64,000 nt of DNA from an uncultured delta proteobacterium. Its GTDB lineage: Bacteria > Desulfobacterota > Binatia > Binatales > Binataceae. Positions 9,407 to 18,805 of this stretch are shown here, piece after piece (within the stretch, counting starts at the first letter, position 1; the number at the start of each line of letters is the position of its first letter). Under the pieces are notes generated by a model. It did not search any database and was not told the DNA's origin. It saw only the letters and a list, made by a program, of their open reading frames with translations. The DNA lies in NCBI GenBank assembly GCA_963724765.1, contig CAVRVY010000001.1, positions 992,001-1,056,000 on the forward strand, read 5' to 3'. The position numbers and the translations under genes were made by a program.

Positions 9407-10686
9407 TGGTCGAGCCCGAGCACCAGCGCTCCCTGGGCGGCTGCCTGGCGCGCGGCGAACTTCTGATCGGGACGCGCGAGGCGCAACTGCTCGACCTGTT
9501 GAAAGGCGTCGAGCACCTCGAGCAATGTGACGTTGCCGCCGCCGAGAAAACGCGTCCAGGTCAGCGCGAAGTTGTCCTGCGCGGTGGGCTCCGCGTCGGA
9601 GAGCAGTGCGAGCTGATCGCGCGCCTGACGGTAGCGCGGCTCCGCGTCGGCCAGTTGCTTGCGCAGTTCGAGTTCGACCTGGCGGACCTGGGCCTGGGCC
9701 GCCGCCACCCTGGCGCGGGCCTCGTCGATGTGCGCGGAAATGAGTCCGCCGTCGAAAAGCGGCATCGAGACCAGGCCGTCGTACGACGCGCCAGCGTTGT
9801 GTGTGAAGGTGTGCGGCGGGTCGATGCCTTGCCATCCCGCGGTCAACGCCAGCTTCACGGTCGGATAGCGCTCGCGCTCCGCCGCCTGCACGGCGGCCTC
9901 GGCCGACGCGACGGTTCTTTGCGCGGCCTCGAGCATCGGGTTGCGCGAGAGATCGTTGCCGGGCCACGCGGGCAGGCCGCTGACTTCAGCGACAGTGATA
10001 TCGGACTGTCCTAACCGGCCGAACTGGCCCATCATCGCACGCAGGACGGCGGAGGTGCGCTCGACATCGTGATGCGCGCTGGAGAGCGAGAGGCCGGCGC
10101 TGTTGCTGGCGGTCTCGACCTTGAGCACGTCGTTCGCGATCGAACGTCCGCTTGCGCGCAGCGCCTTGATCACGGCCACGTAGCGCTTAAGGCGTGCGTC
10201 GTCAGCGATGAACTCGCGCTCGATCTCCTGCGCGCGCACAAGGTCGTAGTATGTGACCGTGGTATCGAAGATCATCTGAGCCCGCGCCGCGCGCAAGCCG
10301 TACCTGTCGGCCTCGCTCTGGTAGAGGGCTGCGCGCGCCTGCGCCAGGCGGCGGCCGAAGTCGTAGGCGGTGTAGTTGAGCGTGAGCATCGCGTCGGAGA
10401 GGCCGCCGTTGCTTATCGCGATGCTGTATCCCGGCGCCTGCATGTATTCGGCGCCAACAGCGAGCGAAGGATAGAGCGGCGCGCGCGCCTCCCGCACCAT
10501 CGCGGCGCTAAGCTCACTCTGGGCGCTAGCCGAGGCGACCGTTGGCGCGAAGGCGAGCGCGCGCTGGATAGCCTGGTCGAGCGTGAGCGTCTCGCCGTGC
10601 GCAGGTGCGCAGAATATCGCGATTGCCAGCGTTGCTGTCAGGAGGTAGCAAATTAGCGATAGGGCTCGCAGCGATAGAGCTCGCAT
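9403..10686 (-). CDS. TolC family outer membrane protein
   Basis: Signal peptide, LTLDQAIQRAL, two OEP repeats, PLFDGG, TLLEVLDA. Confidence 0.92.
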   Translation of the reverse strand: MRALSLRALSLICYLLTATLAIAIFCAPAHGETLTLDQAIQRALAFAPTVASASAQSELSAAMVREARAPLYPSLAVGAEYMQAPGYSIAISNGGLSDAMLTLNYTAYDFGRRLAQARAALYQSEADRYGLRAARAQMIFDTTVTYYDLVRAQEIEREFIADDARLKRYVAVIKALRASGRSIANDVLKVETASNSAGLSLSSAHHDVERTSAVLRAMMGQFGRLGQSDITVAEVSGLPAWPGNDLSRNPMLEAAQRTVASAEAAVQAAERERYPTVKLALTAGWQGIDPPHTFTHNAGASYDGLVSMPLFDGGLISAHIDEARARVAAAQAQVRQVELELRKQLADAEPRYRQARDQLALLSDAEPTAQDNFALTWTRFLGGGNVTLLEVLDAFQQVEQLRLARPDQKFAARQAAAQGALVLGLDQ

Positions 10687-10814
10687 GGTCTTGGAAACTC
10701 CGTCCGCCGAAATATGCGCTTGGGAGATTTCTCGATCAGATCTAACAAGCGGCTCCCGATGTGACTAATTAACAAACGTTCATGTTGGGGTGCGCAGCGG
10801 CGCGCGGATTTCAC

Positions 10815-12170
10815 TCAACGGATTGCGAGCGGCAGGCGCACTTGGATCTCGCAGCCGCCGGTGGCGCGGTTTGCGGCCTGAATGTCGCCGCCGTGACGGC
10901 GCACGATTTCGTGGCTGAGCGCGAGGCCCAATCCGCTGCCCGCGTCGTTGGCGGTGCGGCTGCGATAGAAGGGATCGAAGATATGATCGATATCGCGCGG
11001 ATCGATGCCGGGGCCGCTATCGCGGACCGAAACCAGCGCGGTCGATCCATTCGTGGTAACGCCTATTTCGATTTTGCCGCGCTCGGGGGTGAACTTGACC
11101 GCGTTGTCGAGCAGGTTGAGCATGACCCGGCGCAGATCGCCGGCGCTTCCTCGGACGACGATTCGCTTGTGCGCGTCAATTGCAAATTCTTGAGCGAATT
11201 CCTGATGCCTCGCCTCGGCCAGCGTCCGCGCCATCGCGGACGCTTGCGCCGCGACCTCGCTCAAATCCACCGGCATGCTCTCCACTGCGGGTTCGGCGTC
11301 CAGCCGCGCCAGGGCGAGCAGATCTTCCGCGATCGCACACAGACGCTCGACCTCGCCCATCGCCTGTTCCAGCGCCGCACGGCTTTCCTCGGCGCCGCGC
11401 GGCCGCTGCAGCGTGACTTCCAGTCCGCTACGCAGGACGGCCAGCGGGGTGCGCAATTCATGAGCGGCTTCGGAGACAAAGCGCTGTTGCGCGGCGGACG
11501 CGAGTTCCAGGCGTTCGAGCAACTGGTTGATGGCGGCGATGAGTTGCCCTGCTTCGTCGTGAACTCGCGGGAGCGGCAGGCGCTGGCGCAGATCGCGCGG
11601 TCCGATGCGGGCCAGTGCGTCCGTGACCTCGTTAACCGGGGCGAGCGCCCATCCCGCCATCCAGTAGCCGCCGGCAACGCACAGCGCCAGGATGATCGGG
11701 ATGGCCAGGAGCAGCGCGCTTCGCAGGTGCGCGATAGTGAGCCGCACCGGCGCGGCATCGGCGCCGTCCTGCAACGATGCGGACTCTCCGTTCACGCGCA
11801 GCGCAACGACCGCGAAGCGGAAGCGATGCTGCCCGCCGTCGACGACCGATTCCGGCGCCGCAAGAGCGCCGGGCAGGTCCGCGCCCGTGTCGCCGGCGTC
11901 GAAGACGACACGGCCGCCCGCGATCAAACGCACCCGGCGTTCCGGTCCCAGATCCTTTTCCTGGCTCAGGCGCTGGAGAATCTGGCTGGTGTCGGCGGCG
12001 CTGGAATGGGAAATGGCGGCCGCGGTCGTATCGGCCTCTTCCATCAATGCCGCGTCGAGCGTACCCCACATCGCGCGCGCGAACATGACCATGATGAGCA
12101 ATCCGGCCGCGAACAGGATGACGGCGGTGATCGCGGTCCAGTAAATAGTCAGTCGCAGCCGAATACTCAA
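10815..12170 (-). CDS. HAMP sensor histidine kinase
   Basis: Two TM segments; AAHELRTPL, NLLDNAVKF, DSGPG and GSGLGL motifs. Confidence 0.95.
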   Translation of the reverse strand: MSIRLRLTIYWTAITAVILFAAGLLIMVMFARAMWGTLDAALMEEADTTAAAISHSSAADTSQILQRLSQEKDLGPERRVRLIAGGRVVFDAGDTGADLPGALAAPESVVDGGQHRFRFAVVALRVNGESASLQDGADAAPVRLTIAHLRSALLLAIPIILALCVAGGYWMAGWALAPVNEVTDALARIGPRDLRQRLPLPRVHDEAGQLIAAINQLLERLELASAAQQRFVSEAAHELRTPLAVLRSGLEVTLQRPRGAEESRAALEQAMGEVERLCAIAEDLLALARLDAEPAVESMPVDLSEVAAQASAMARTLAEARHQEFAQEFAIDAHKRIVVRGSAGDLRRVMLNLLDNAVKFTPERGKIEIGVTTNGSTALVSVRDSGPGIDPRDIDHIFDPFYRSRTANDAGSGLGLALSHEIVRRHGGDIQAANRATGGCEIQVRLPLAIR

Positions 12171-12883
12171 TCGGGACCCTTGCTCTTGCTATTGTGCGCG
12201 GGCAAATCGAGGCGAAGCATATAACCAGCGCCGCGGACCGTCACAATCAACGGGGGCTGGTTTACCAACTCGATTTTCTGGCGCAGGCGGTTGATGAAGA
12301 CTTCGACGATGTTCGACATCGCGTTGTAGTCCTTGCTCCAGACCGCCTCGCCGATCATGTCCCGCGTGACGGCCAGTCCGGCGTGGCGCACCAGGTATTC
12401 GAGGACCATCAATTCCTTTGGCGAGAGATCCAGGGTGCGGCCGCCGCGCGAGGCGGCGCGGCGCGAAGTATCGATTACGATATCGTTCGCTTCGAGCACG
12501 GGGCTGTCGGCTGCCAGCCGGCGCCGAAGCAGCGCGCGCACGCGCGCCAACAGCTCGCTGAAGGCGAATGGCTTGGTCAGGTAGTCGTCGCCGCCGCCGT
12601 CCAGACCGCGTACCCGTTCGTCGGTGGAATCGCGCGCGGTCAGGATAAGCACCGGAACCACCGCGCCGGCTGCGCGCAAGTCGGCGAGAAATTCCAGGCC
12701 ATCCTGACCGGGCAGGCGCAGGTCGAGCAGTATCAGGTCGTACCGGTTCTGCGAGAATGACGCTCGCGCGGCCTCGGCGCTTGGCGCGAGGTCGACACTG
12801 AAGCCAGCTTCGCCGAGTCCGCGATTCAAATTGGCGGCAAGCTTCGCTTCATCTTCAACTACCAGCAGACGCGCGGCGTGCAT
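12167..12883 (-). CDS. OmpR/CusR-type response regulator
   Basis: LVVEDE, LLDLRLPG, DDYLTKPF and TVRGAGY motifs. Confidence 0.95.
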   Translation of the reverse strand: MHAARLLVVEDEAKLAANLNRGLGEAGFSVDLAPSAEAARASFSQNRYDLILLDLRLPGQDGLEFLADLRAAGAVVPVLILTARDSTDERVRGLDGGGDDYLTKPFAFSELLARVRALLRRRLAADSPVLEANDIVIDTSRRAASRGGRTLDLSPKELMVLEYLVRHAGLAVTRDMIGEAVWSKDYNAMSNIVEVFINRLRQKIELVNQPPLIVTVRGAGYMLRLDLPAHNSKSKGPD

Positions 12884-12963
12884 CGTGGGCCTCGGGCGTT
12901 GGCGATCCGGGCTTCAATAGCCGGTACGAGCGTACAACGCAGACGGGCCTTGCGCGATAGCCT

Positions 12964-13638
12964 TCAGATCACCAGCGAGAGCAGGCCGGCGGCGATGAGC
13001 GCGCCCGCCCAAACGGCGTCGAGGTTGATCCAGGCGCTGCGCAGGAATGCCAGCCCAACGCGGTCGTACACCACGACGGCGATAGTGCCCATCACGAGCA
13101 GCATCGCGGCCGTATGCAACAGCACCACCGCCACATCCTGCGTGAGCGAGAGCGAGCCCATCGCGGCCATCGACTGATGCATCAAGCGGCCGTGCACGCC
13201 GTGCATCATCTGATGATGCATCGCGGCGCCGCCCGGCATGTCCATCAGGATCGGAAACAGCATCAGACCCGCGCCATGTGCCGAGGCCATCAGGAACGAC
13301 CACAGCGCAAGCTCATACCACTTCACCCGCATCGCGACCCATCGCGGATGCGCGCGCGGCCGAAGGTAGCGAAAGATGCCGAACAATATCAGGATCGCGG
13401 CTCCGGCCGGGCGCAACAGTGGAGAGGCCGCCGCGAATCGCGCCCATCCGATCAATGCGACCACGGCGGCGATCGAAACCAGGTGCCCGAATGCGATCGG
13501 GCCGAGCGCGGCGAAGACCTTGGCGCGGCGGCGCTCCTGGAGCCCGAGCGCCACCGCGAACAGCCATCCCATCGACGGGTCGAGGCCGTGATAAGCGCCC
13601 AGCGCGGCGATCGCGATCCACGGCCACGCCGCGGTCAC
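12964..13638 (-). CDS. Membrane protein with His/Met-rich loop, partner of SBP56
   Basis: About 6 TM segments; GAYHGLDPSMGWLFAVA, AHGAG and MHHQMMHGVH; 4-bp overlap with SBP56. Confidence 0.8.
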   Translation of the reverse strand: MTAAWPWIAIAALGAYHGLDPSMGWLFAVALGLQERRRAKVFAALGPIAFGHLVSIAAVVALIGWARFAAASPLLRPAGAAILILFGIFRYLRPRAHPRWVAMRVKWYELALWSFLMASAHGAGLMLFPILMDMPGGAAMHHQMMHGVHGRLMHQSMAAMGSLSLTQDVAVVLLHTAAMLLVMGTIAVVVYDRVGLAFLRSAWINLDAVWAGALIAAGLLSLVI

Positions 13639-15029
13639 GGGTAGCAGAAAGAATCAGATGAGCAGTCGCCGCCTTCCAGATGGATCTGATGCGGACGTTC
13701 GCCCTCAAAGGGGATGAAGAAGTTCGGGTCGAGCGCGATTCCGCCGGCCGGGTTGACGTCGATCTTGGCGATCCATCCGCGAATGCCCTCCGGATAGAAC
13801 TGGCTGTCGAGCGCCGAATAGAGCGAGTTGGTTACGTAGATCCGGCGGCCGTCGCGGCTGATCTCGAGCATCTGCGGCGCGCCGTTGACCTTGCCGGCCT
13901 TGGGATGCGGCGTGCGAGCGGCCATCCCGCCGATCCGCACCGAGCCGGTCTGGCGCGGATGGAACGGGTCGCTCACATCGTACTGCTTGACTTCGCCGGT
14001 GCCCCAACATGAAGCGTAGAGGAACTTGTCGTCGAGGCTGAGTGCAATTTCTGGAACCAGCGGCGGCGCGGCCTTGAACTGCTTGAGCGGCGGCGGCAGC
14101 AGGGCCGGGTCGGCAGGCTCGGCGGGGATCTCGATCACCCTGCGTGCCGCCCATTTGCCGTTGCCGTTCTCGCGATGCCATAGCCAGATTCCGGCGCTGA
14201 GGTCCTTGGTCGAGATGACGGTGCAGACGAAGCCGTAGGCTTTGGTCGGATCGTGCGCCGGCCGCAGCTCGAGCGCCATCTGATGCTCCGCGCCAAGATC
14301 GATTTCCTGGAGATGGCGGCGTTTGCGCAAGTCCCACATGTGGAGCCGATGGCCGTAGTCGCCTTTGACCAGGCGCTCGAGGCTGAGCCCGTTTTCGAAC
14401 ATGTCGGGGGTGCCCCATTCGCTGCTGACCCCGACGTCGTAGCCGATGTTCCACCAGAAGTCGTAAGCGAGGAACTGCGGGCCGCGATCGACCTCCCACT
14501 GCCCGAGCACGTCGAAGCTTTCGTGATCGAGCAGGAAGACTCCGCCTGGGCCACCGCCGTTCGCGCCGCCCATGGCGCTCACGTAAATCGCGTCGGGGCC
14601 GCAATGAAACGTATGCGGGCGGCTGTAACCGGCGCGCGTAGCGATCTCTTCGGCCTCGATCACCTTGACGATTTTCGGCGCGCGCGGGTCGGGCTTGGTG
14701 TCGATCACGTGGATGCGCGAGGAGCGCAGGCCGGGAACCAGCAGGTAGCGGCGCTCGACGTGCGGATGCGGCGAGTAGGGACACAGCGCCGAGCTGCACG
14801 CGTTCCATCCGAAGTGATGCAGTTCGTTGCCGGCGTCGGGCATCTCGAGGCGTCCGACCACGGTGGCGAAGGTCGGGGAGCCGGGGTCGAGGTCGAGCAC
14901 GTTAATCGCGTCGCGTTTGCCGTGCTTGGGATCAAGACTGAAGGTCGCGACGTAGCCGAGACGCTCGCGCGGACCCTCGATCGCCATTCGCGGCGAAGGA
15001 TAAAAAGTCTGGTCGGGCTTCCAAAGCAT
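13635..15029 (-). CDS. Selenium-binding protein SBP56 / methanethiol oxidase family
   Basis: NELHHFGWNACSS, PHTFHC, YDFWW, SSEWG and terminal GGDCSSD; no signal peptide. Confidence 0.93.
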   Translation of the reverse strand: MLWKPDQTFYPSPRMAIEGPRERLGYVATFSLDPKHGKRDAINVLDLDPGSPTFATVVGRLEMPDAGNELHHFGWNACSSALCPYSPHPHVERRYLLVPGLRSSRIHVIDTKPDPRAPKIVKVIEAEEIATRAGYSRPHTFHCGPDAIYVSAMGGANGGGPGGVFLLDHESFDVLGQWEVDRGPQFLAYDFWWNIGYDVGVSSEWGTPDMFENGLSLERLVKGDYGHRLHMWDLRKRRHLQEIDLGAEHQMALELRPAHDPTKAYGFVCTVISTKDLSAGIWLWHRENGNGKWAARRVIEIPAEPADPALLPPPLKQFKAAPPLVPEIALSLDDKFLYASCWGTGEVKQYDVSDPFHPRQTGSVRIGGMAARTPHPKAGKVNGAPQMLEISRDGRRIYVTNSLYSALDSQFYPEGIRGWIAKIDVNPAGGIALDPNFFIPFEGERPHQIHLEGGDCSSDSFCYP

Positions 15030-15193
15030 GGGCGTGTGCCTCTTTCAGTTCGGGTTGTGAGCTTCGACCTTAGACAGGGCGGCACTCTCATTCAAGCAAC
15101 TGTGTCGATTCCGACGAGGGCACAATTTTATCAGGTTTTATCTTGCATTTCAGATGTCAAATGAGTTCACTACGGGAGTCTCAAGATCCTATC

Positions 15194-15766
15194 ATGCCGA
15201 TCTACGAATGCCATTGTACCGGATGCGACTTGACGTTCGAGGTCCTGGCGCCGCTTAGCCGGGCCGGCCGGCGCCATCCGTGCCCGCGATGCGACCGGCC
15301 GGCCCGGCGCATCGCGTCAGCTTTCGCAATCGCTTCAGGAGCCAGCGCGCGCGAGCAGAAAGCGGATCCGGGCGCGTCGGGGCTGCCCGCGGCGTCAAAG
15401 CCGCCGCCGCTATGTTTGCGCTATCCAAACGTGCCGATGCTCTGTCACATGGAACCCAATGCGGGCGCGCGATGGCTCGCGCGCTACAATGGCCGTGGCG
15501 CTGAATACGACGACAAGCAGGGGGCGCGCGAGGACCTGCGCCGCAAGCGCGGGCTTCCGCCCGAGCCGCCGCCTCTTCCATCGGAGCATAGCCACAGTCA
15601 CGGGCGCGACTTTCGCCGCCATCAGGCGCAAGCCGCGGCCGAGCCGGGCGGCGCTCGCGACGATGGCGCCGATCACGCAGCTCATTCCACCACGCACGGG
15701 CAAACAGCATCGCCCAAGGGGCACAGGCATGCGCATGCTCACGGTGGCCACGTTCATCGCCACTAG
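15194..15766 (+). CDS. FmdB-family zinc-ribbon protein with His-rich C-terminus
   Basis: MPIYECHCTGC...CPRC; tail HSHSHG...HRHAHAHGGHVHRH. Confidence 0.8.
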   Translation: MPIYECHCTGCDLTFEVLAPLSRAGRRHPCPRCDRPARRIASAFAIASGASAREQKADPGASGLPAASKPPPLCLRYPNVPMLCHMEPNAGARWLARYNGRGAEYDDKQGAREDLRRKRGLPPEPPPLPSEHSHSHGRDFRRHQAQAAAEPGGARDDGADHAAHSTTHGQTASPKGHRHAHAHGGHVHRH

Positions 15767-15904
15767 CGATTCAAATACGGGCGGGCGCGCGGCGCTCGTC
15801 AGCGGTGTGTTGAAAGCGGGGGTGGAAATTCCGCAAACGTGGACCGCGCCGTGACTTCGGGCAGCGGCACTTGACCGGCGCGAACGCGGGAGGCGAAGCG
15901 AACG

Positions 15905-16306
15905 ATGGATTCACTGCGTAACACGGGGGCGCTGCTCGGTCGCATCATGCTGGCGTATATCTTTGTCGCCGCGGGAATCGGAAAAATCTCAGGACCCTCG
16001 GGCACCATGCACTACATGGCGAGTGCGGGACTGCCGCATTCGCTGGTTCCCGAGCTTTTCGTGCTCTCGCTAATCGTCGAACTACTGGGCGGCCTGATGT
16101 TGATATTTGGATGGCACGCCGAACTGGCGGCACTGATCATGTTCCTGTGGATGATTCCGGTCACGTTGATTTTTCACATTTCGACTGGACAGACCATCCA
16201 GTGGGAGAAGAATCTCGCCATCATGAGCGGATTACTGATGGTCGCGGCGCTTGGACCCGGCGGATTCAGCCTCGACGGCGGGCGTGGCGGACGCCGCACC
16301 GCCTGA
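15905..16306 (+). CDS. DoxX family membrane protein
   Basis: LLGRIMLAYIF..GIGK, ELLGG, KNLAI and GPGGFSLD motifs. Confidence 0.9.
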   Translation: MDSLRNTGALLGRIMLAYIFVAAGIGKISGPSGTMHYMASAGLPHSLVPELFVLSLIVELLGGLMLIFGWHAELAALIMFLWMIPVTLIFHISTGQTIQWEKNLAIMSGLLMVAALGPGGFSLDGGRGGRRTA

Positions 16307-16416
16307 CTGGCGGCGTAGGCCGCGAGAACGAAAATAAAGCGAGCGCGATGCGGAGCTGGCCGATACCGACCAGACGCCGCATCGCGCTCGCGCAAATCGT
16401 GAGCGCCTGCTGTCTG

Positions 16417-16749
16417 TTACTGATGCGCGTTCTCGCCCAGGGCCGTTTTCACCAGCGTCCGCAGTTCGCCGCTTGAGTGCAACTCGCGCACGATGTCGCA
16501 TCCGCCGACGAACTTGCCGTTGATGAACACCTGCGGGATGGTAGGCCAGTTGCTGTAAGTTTTAACCGCGTCGCGCACTTCCTGGTCGGCGAGCACGTCG
16601 ACCGTGGAGTAGGGCGCGCCCAGCTCTTCGAAAACCTCTACCGTCGCGGCCGAGAACCCGCATTGAGGAAAGTTGCGGTTGCCCTTCATGAAAATGACGA
16701 TCTTGTCGCTGTTAATCGCCGTACGGATTCGCTCGATTGGATCGGCCAT
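16417..16749 (-). CDS. grxD: Monothiol glutaredoxin Grx4
   Basis: FMKG, PQCGFS, WPTIPQ and GGCD motifs. Confidence 0.95.
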   Translation of the reverse strand: MADPIERIRTAINSDKIVIFMKGNRNFPQCGFSAATVEVFEELGAPYSTVDVLADQEVRDAVKTYSNWPTIPQVFINGKFVGGCDIVRELHSSGELRTLVKTALGENAHQ

Positions 16750-16757
16750 CTGAACTC

Positions 16758-17006
16758 TCACCTCCGGTTCTGATACTGATTCGGGGTCATCACTTTGAGC
16801 GTCAGCGCGTGGATGCGGGCCTTCATGGCGTCGCCCAACGCGCCGTAGACCGCCTGATGGCGTTCGACCAGGCCCTTGCCCTCGAAACTTTCGCTGACCA
16901 CCAGCGCTTCGAAATGATCGCCGCCGCCGGTGAAGTCGCGCACCTCGACCAGGGCGCCCGGCAACCCGCGCTCGATTATTTCCTTGATCTCCTGCGCTTC
17001 CATCAA
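16758..17006 (-). CDS. bolA: BolA/IbaG family protein
   Basis: GDHF..VVS..FEGK..VERH..VY..IHAL; directly upstream of grxD. Confidence 0.93.
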   Translation of the reverse strand: MMEAQEIKEIIERGLPGALVEVRDFTGGGDHFEALVVSESFEGKGLVERHQAVYGALGDAMKARIHALTLKVMTPNQYQNRR

Positions 17007-17145
17007 TCCCTCATCTTAGCGCGCGGCGCCTGGCGAATTCCACCGGGCGGCCGGCGCTCTACGGCGTCATGTGTGATCGCAATCTTGCCGAAATGGCGGG
17101 CGTTTTCAAGCTGTCAGCGAGTGGCGCGCATGCTCGCGCGGATTT

Positions 17146-18114
17146 TCATTCGCGCTTTTCCGATGCGCGCTTTCCCGTTTGCCCGACGGCGACACTCTCC
17201 GGCGTTTCGGCGGCGGCGCCATCAAGCGAAGTTTGCGCCACCGGCATGACTTCGTCGAAGCGCGAATAGTCGATCCAAAAACTGCCATCGGGCAGTTCCT
17301 GCAAGACGTCCGCGAAGCGCATGCCCCAGGCAATCTCGTCCGCGGTCCACACGTAGCGCACATGAACGTTCTGCAGAAATGATTCGTCCATCCCCACCAG
17401 CGAGGCGATGACCATGCTGCGTGAGGCCTTGAGCGACGCGGCAGTCTCGCCCAGGAGCGGGCTGCCTTCGACGATGGGATGGGTCACGGTCCAGCTCAGC
17501 GAGAACAATGCGTTGCGGCCGCGCGAGAGGGCGAGGTCGTAGAAGCGGCGCATGCTGTCGCCCTCGCGCGTCGTCTCCCAGCGCGACAGTACAACGTGGA
17601 TCTGCGCCTCGACGATGCGGTTGGAGCGCTGATTGACCGCCCGAAACATCAACGACGGGACCCCGTCGCGGGGCGAGATCACCACGAGCCGGCTGAAGCG
17701 CACGCGCGCGGTCGGCCGCGAGAAGCGTGCGAAGACCAGCCCGGTCACGACCGCGAGCGCAATCAGTCCGCTCATGGCCTCGATGCTCACCAGCACGTTG
17801 GAACCGAACGATCGCGGCGCCATCGTGCCGTACCCGATCGTCGCCATCGTCTGCACGCTGAAGAAGAAGGCGTCGGCGAACGAGCCTGGGCGGGCGTTGG
17901 AGACGCCGCCGTCGATCATGTAGCCAATCGCGAACAGGCAATTGATGAATCCGAATACCCCCACGATGATGGCCAGCAGCGCCGGCCATGAAACCGTGGT
18001 CAGGTAAAAGTAGAGGTCGCTTACCGGGGGATGCGCCGGTCCGCCTGACGTCACCCGGCCGATCGTGTCGCGGGCCTTGCCGTCTAGCTTGTTTCTAGTT
18101 GAATCCATGCTCAA
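17146..18114 (-). CDS. Inward-rectifier potassium channel (KirBac)
   Basis: FFFSVQTMATIGYG filter; FARFSRP and LSWTVTHPI motifs. Confidence 0.93.
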   Translation of the reverse strand: MSMDSTRNKLDGKARDTIGRVTSGGPAHPPVSDLYFYLTTVSWPALLAIIVGVFGFINCLFAIGYMIDGGVSNARPGSFADAFFFSVQTMATIGYGTMAPRSFGSNVLVSIEAMSGLIALAVVTGLVFARFSRPTARVRFSRLVVISPRDGVPSLMFRAVNQRSNRIVEAQIHVVLSRWETTREGDSMRRFYDLALSRGRNALFSLSWTVTHPIVEGSPLLGETAASLKASRSMVIASLVGMDESFLQNVHVRYVWTADEIAWGMRFADVLQELPDGSFWIDYSRFDEVMPVAQTSLDGAAAETPESVAVGQTGKRASEKRE

Positions 18115-18228
18115 GCAAATATCTGTCGGTTAGCGGCCCTATTATGCAAGCGATATGGCTTCGCGATAGGAATTCAGGGGGGAAAGGCGCAAGTTGCATG
18201 TAGTCTCTATTGAGACTACAGTGTCTTT

Positions 18229-18528
18229 GTGGCGAAACGCAAAGCGCTTTTCGCGCCCGATGCGGTCAGGCAATTCAAACAGCTCGGCGCGGCCGAGCGG
18301 TCACGACTCAAAGAAGCGATCAAGGCGTCGCTTGTCGATGATGATGCTACGATCGTCAGCAAGAATCGCTTTCCACTCCGGCGACCCTCCGAGCGCGCCA
18401 GCCTTGAGTTTCGGGTGGGAGAGCTTCGGGTCTTCTATACGGTGGTCGACAATGAAATCAGAATAACTCTCATCGGTCGCAAGAAAGGCAATCAACTTCT
18501 CATCGATGGCAAGAAGTTCACACTGTGA
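18229..18528 (+). CDS. RelE/ParE family toxin
   Basis: 99 aa, basic; FRVGELRVFYTV and IGRK motifs. Confidence 0.8.
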   Translation: MAKRKALFAPDAVRQFKQLGAAERSRLKEAIKASLVDDDATIVSKNRFPLRRPSERASLEFRVGELRVFYTVVDNEIRITLIGRKKGNQLLIDGKKFTL

Positions 18529-18538
18529 GGTTTACACT

Positions 18539-18784
18539 GTGAAAATCGAGAACGTCCGCGAGGTCAAGGCGCGGCTCAACCGGCTAATCAGCGAGCTCCC
18601 GAAAACTGGATCGGTCGTGATAACGAAGAATGGCAAAGCGTGTGCCGCGTTGATGCCGATTACAGAGGACACTGACCTGGAGATCCTTGCCTTGTCCCAG
18701 AACAGGCGCTTCTGGAGCATTTTCGACGCAGCCTATGAGCGCGCTGAAAAGGAAGGTTGGGTCGAACTGGAAGATCTGGATTGA
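18539..18784 (+). CDS. Phd/YefM family antitoxin
   Basis: MKIENVREVKARLNRLI...VVITKNGKACAALMP; GTG start with GAGG SD. Confidence 0.85.
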   Translation: MKIENVREVKARLNRLISELPKTGSVVITKNGKACAALMPITEDTDLEILALSQNRRFWSIFDAAYERAEKEGWVELEDLD

Positions 18785-18805
18785 CGTGCGTACGACGCGG
18801 CTGCT

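Noticed and set aside
8405-9967. 520-aa N-terminally extended adaptor (likewise extended starts at 2953, 21171, 23618, 31863, 44447)
   Set aside because: Extensions overlap neighbouring genes or lack family similarity; downstream starts fit signal peptides and SD sites.
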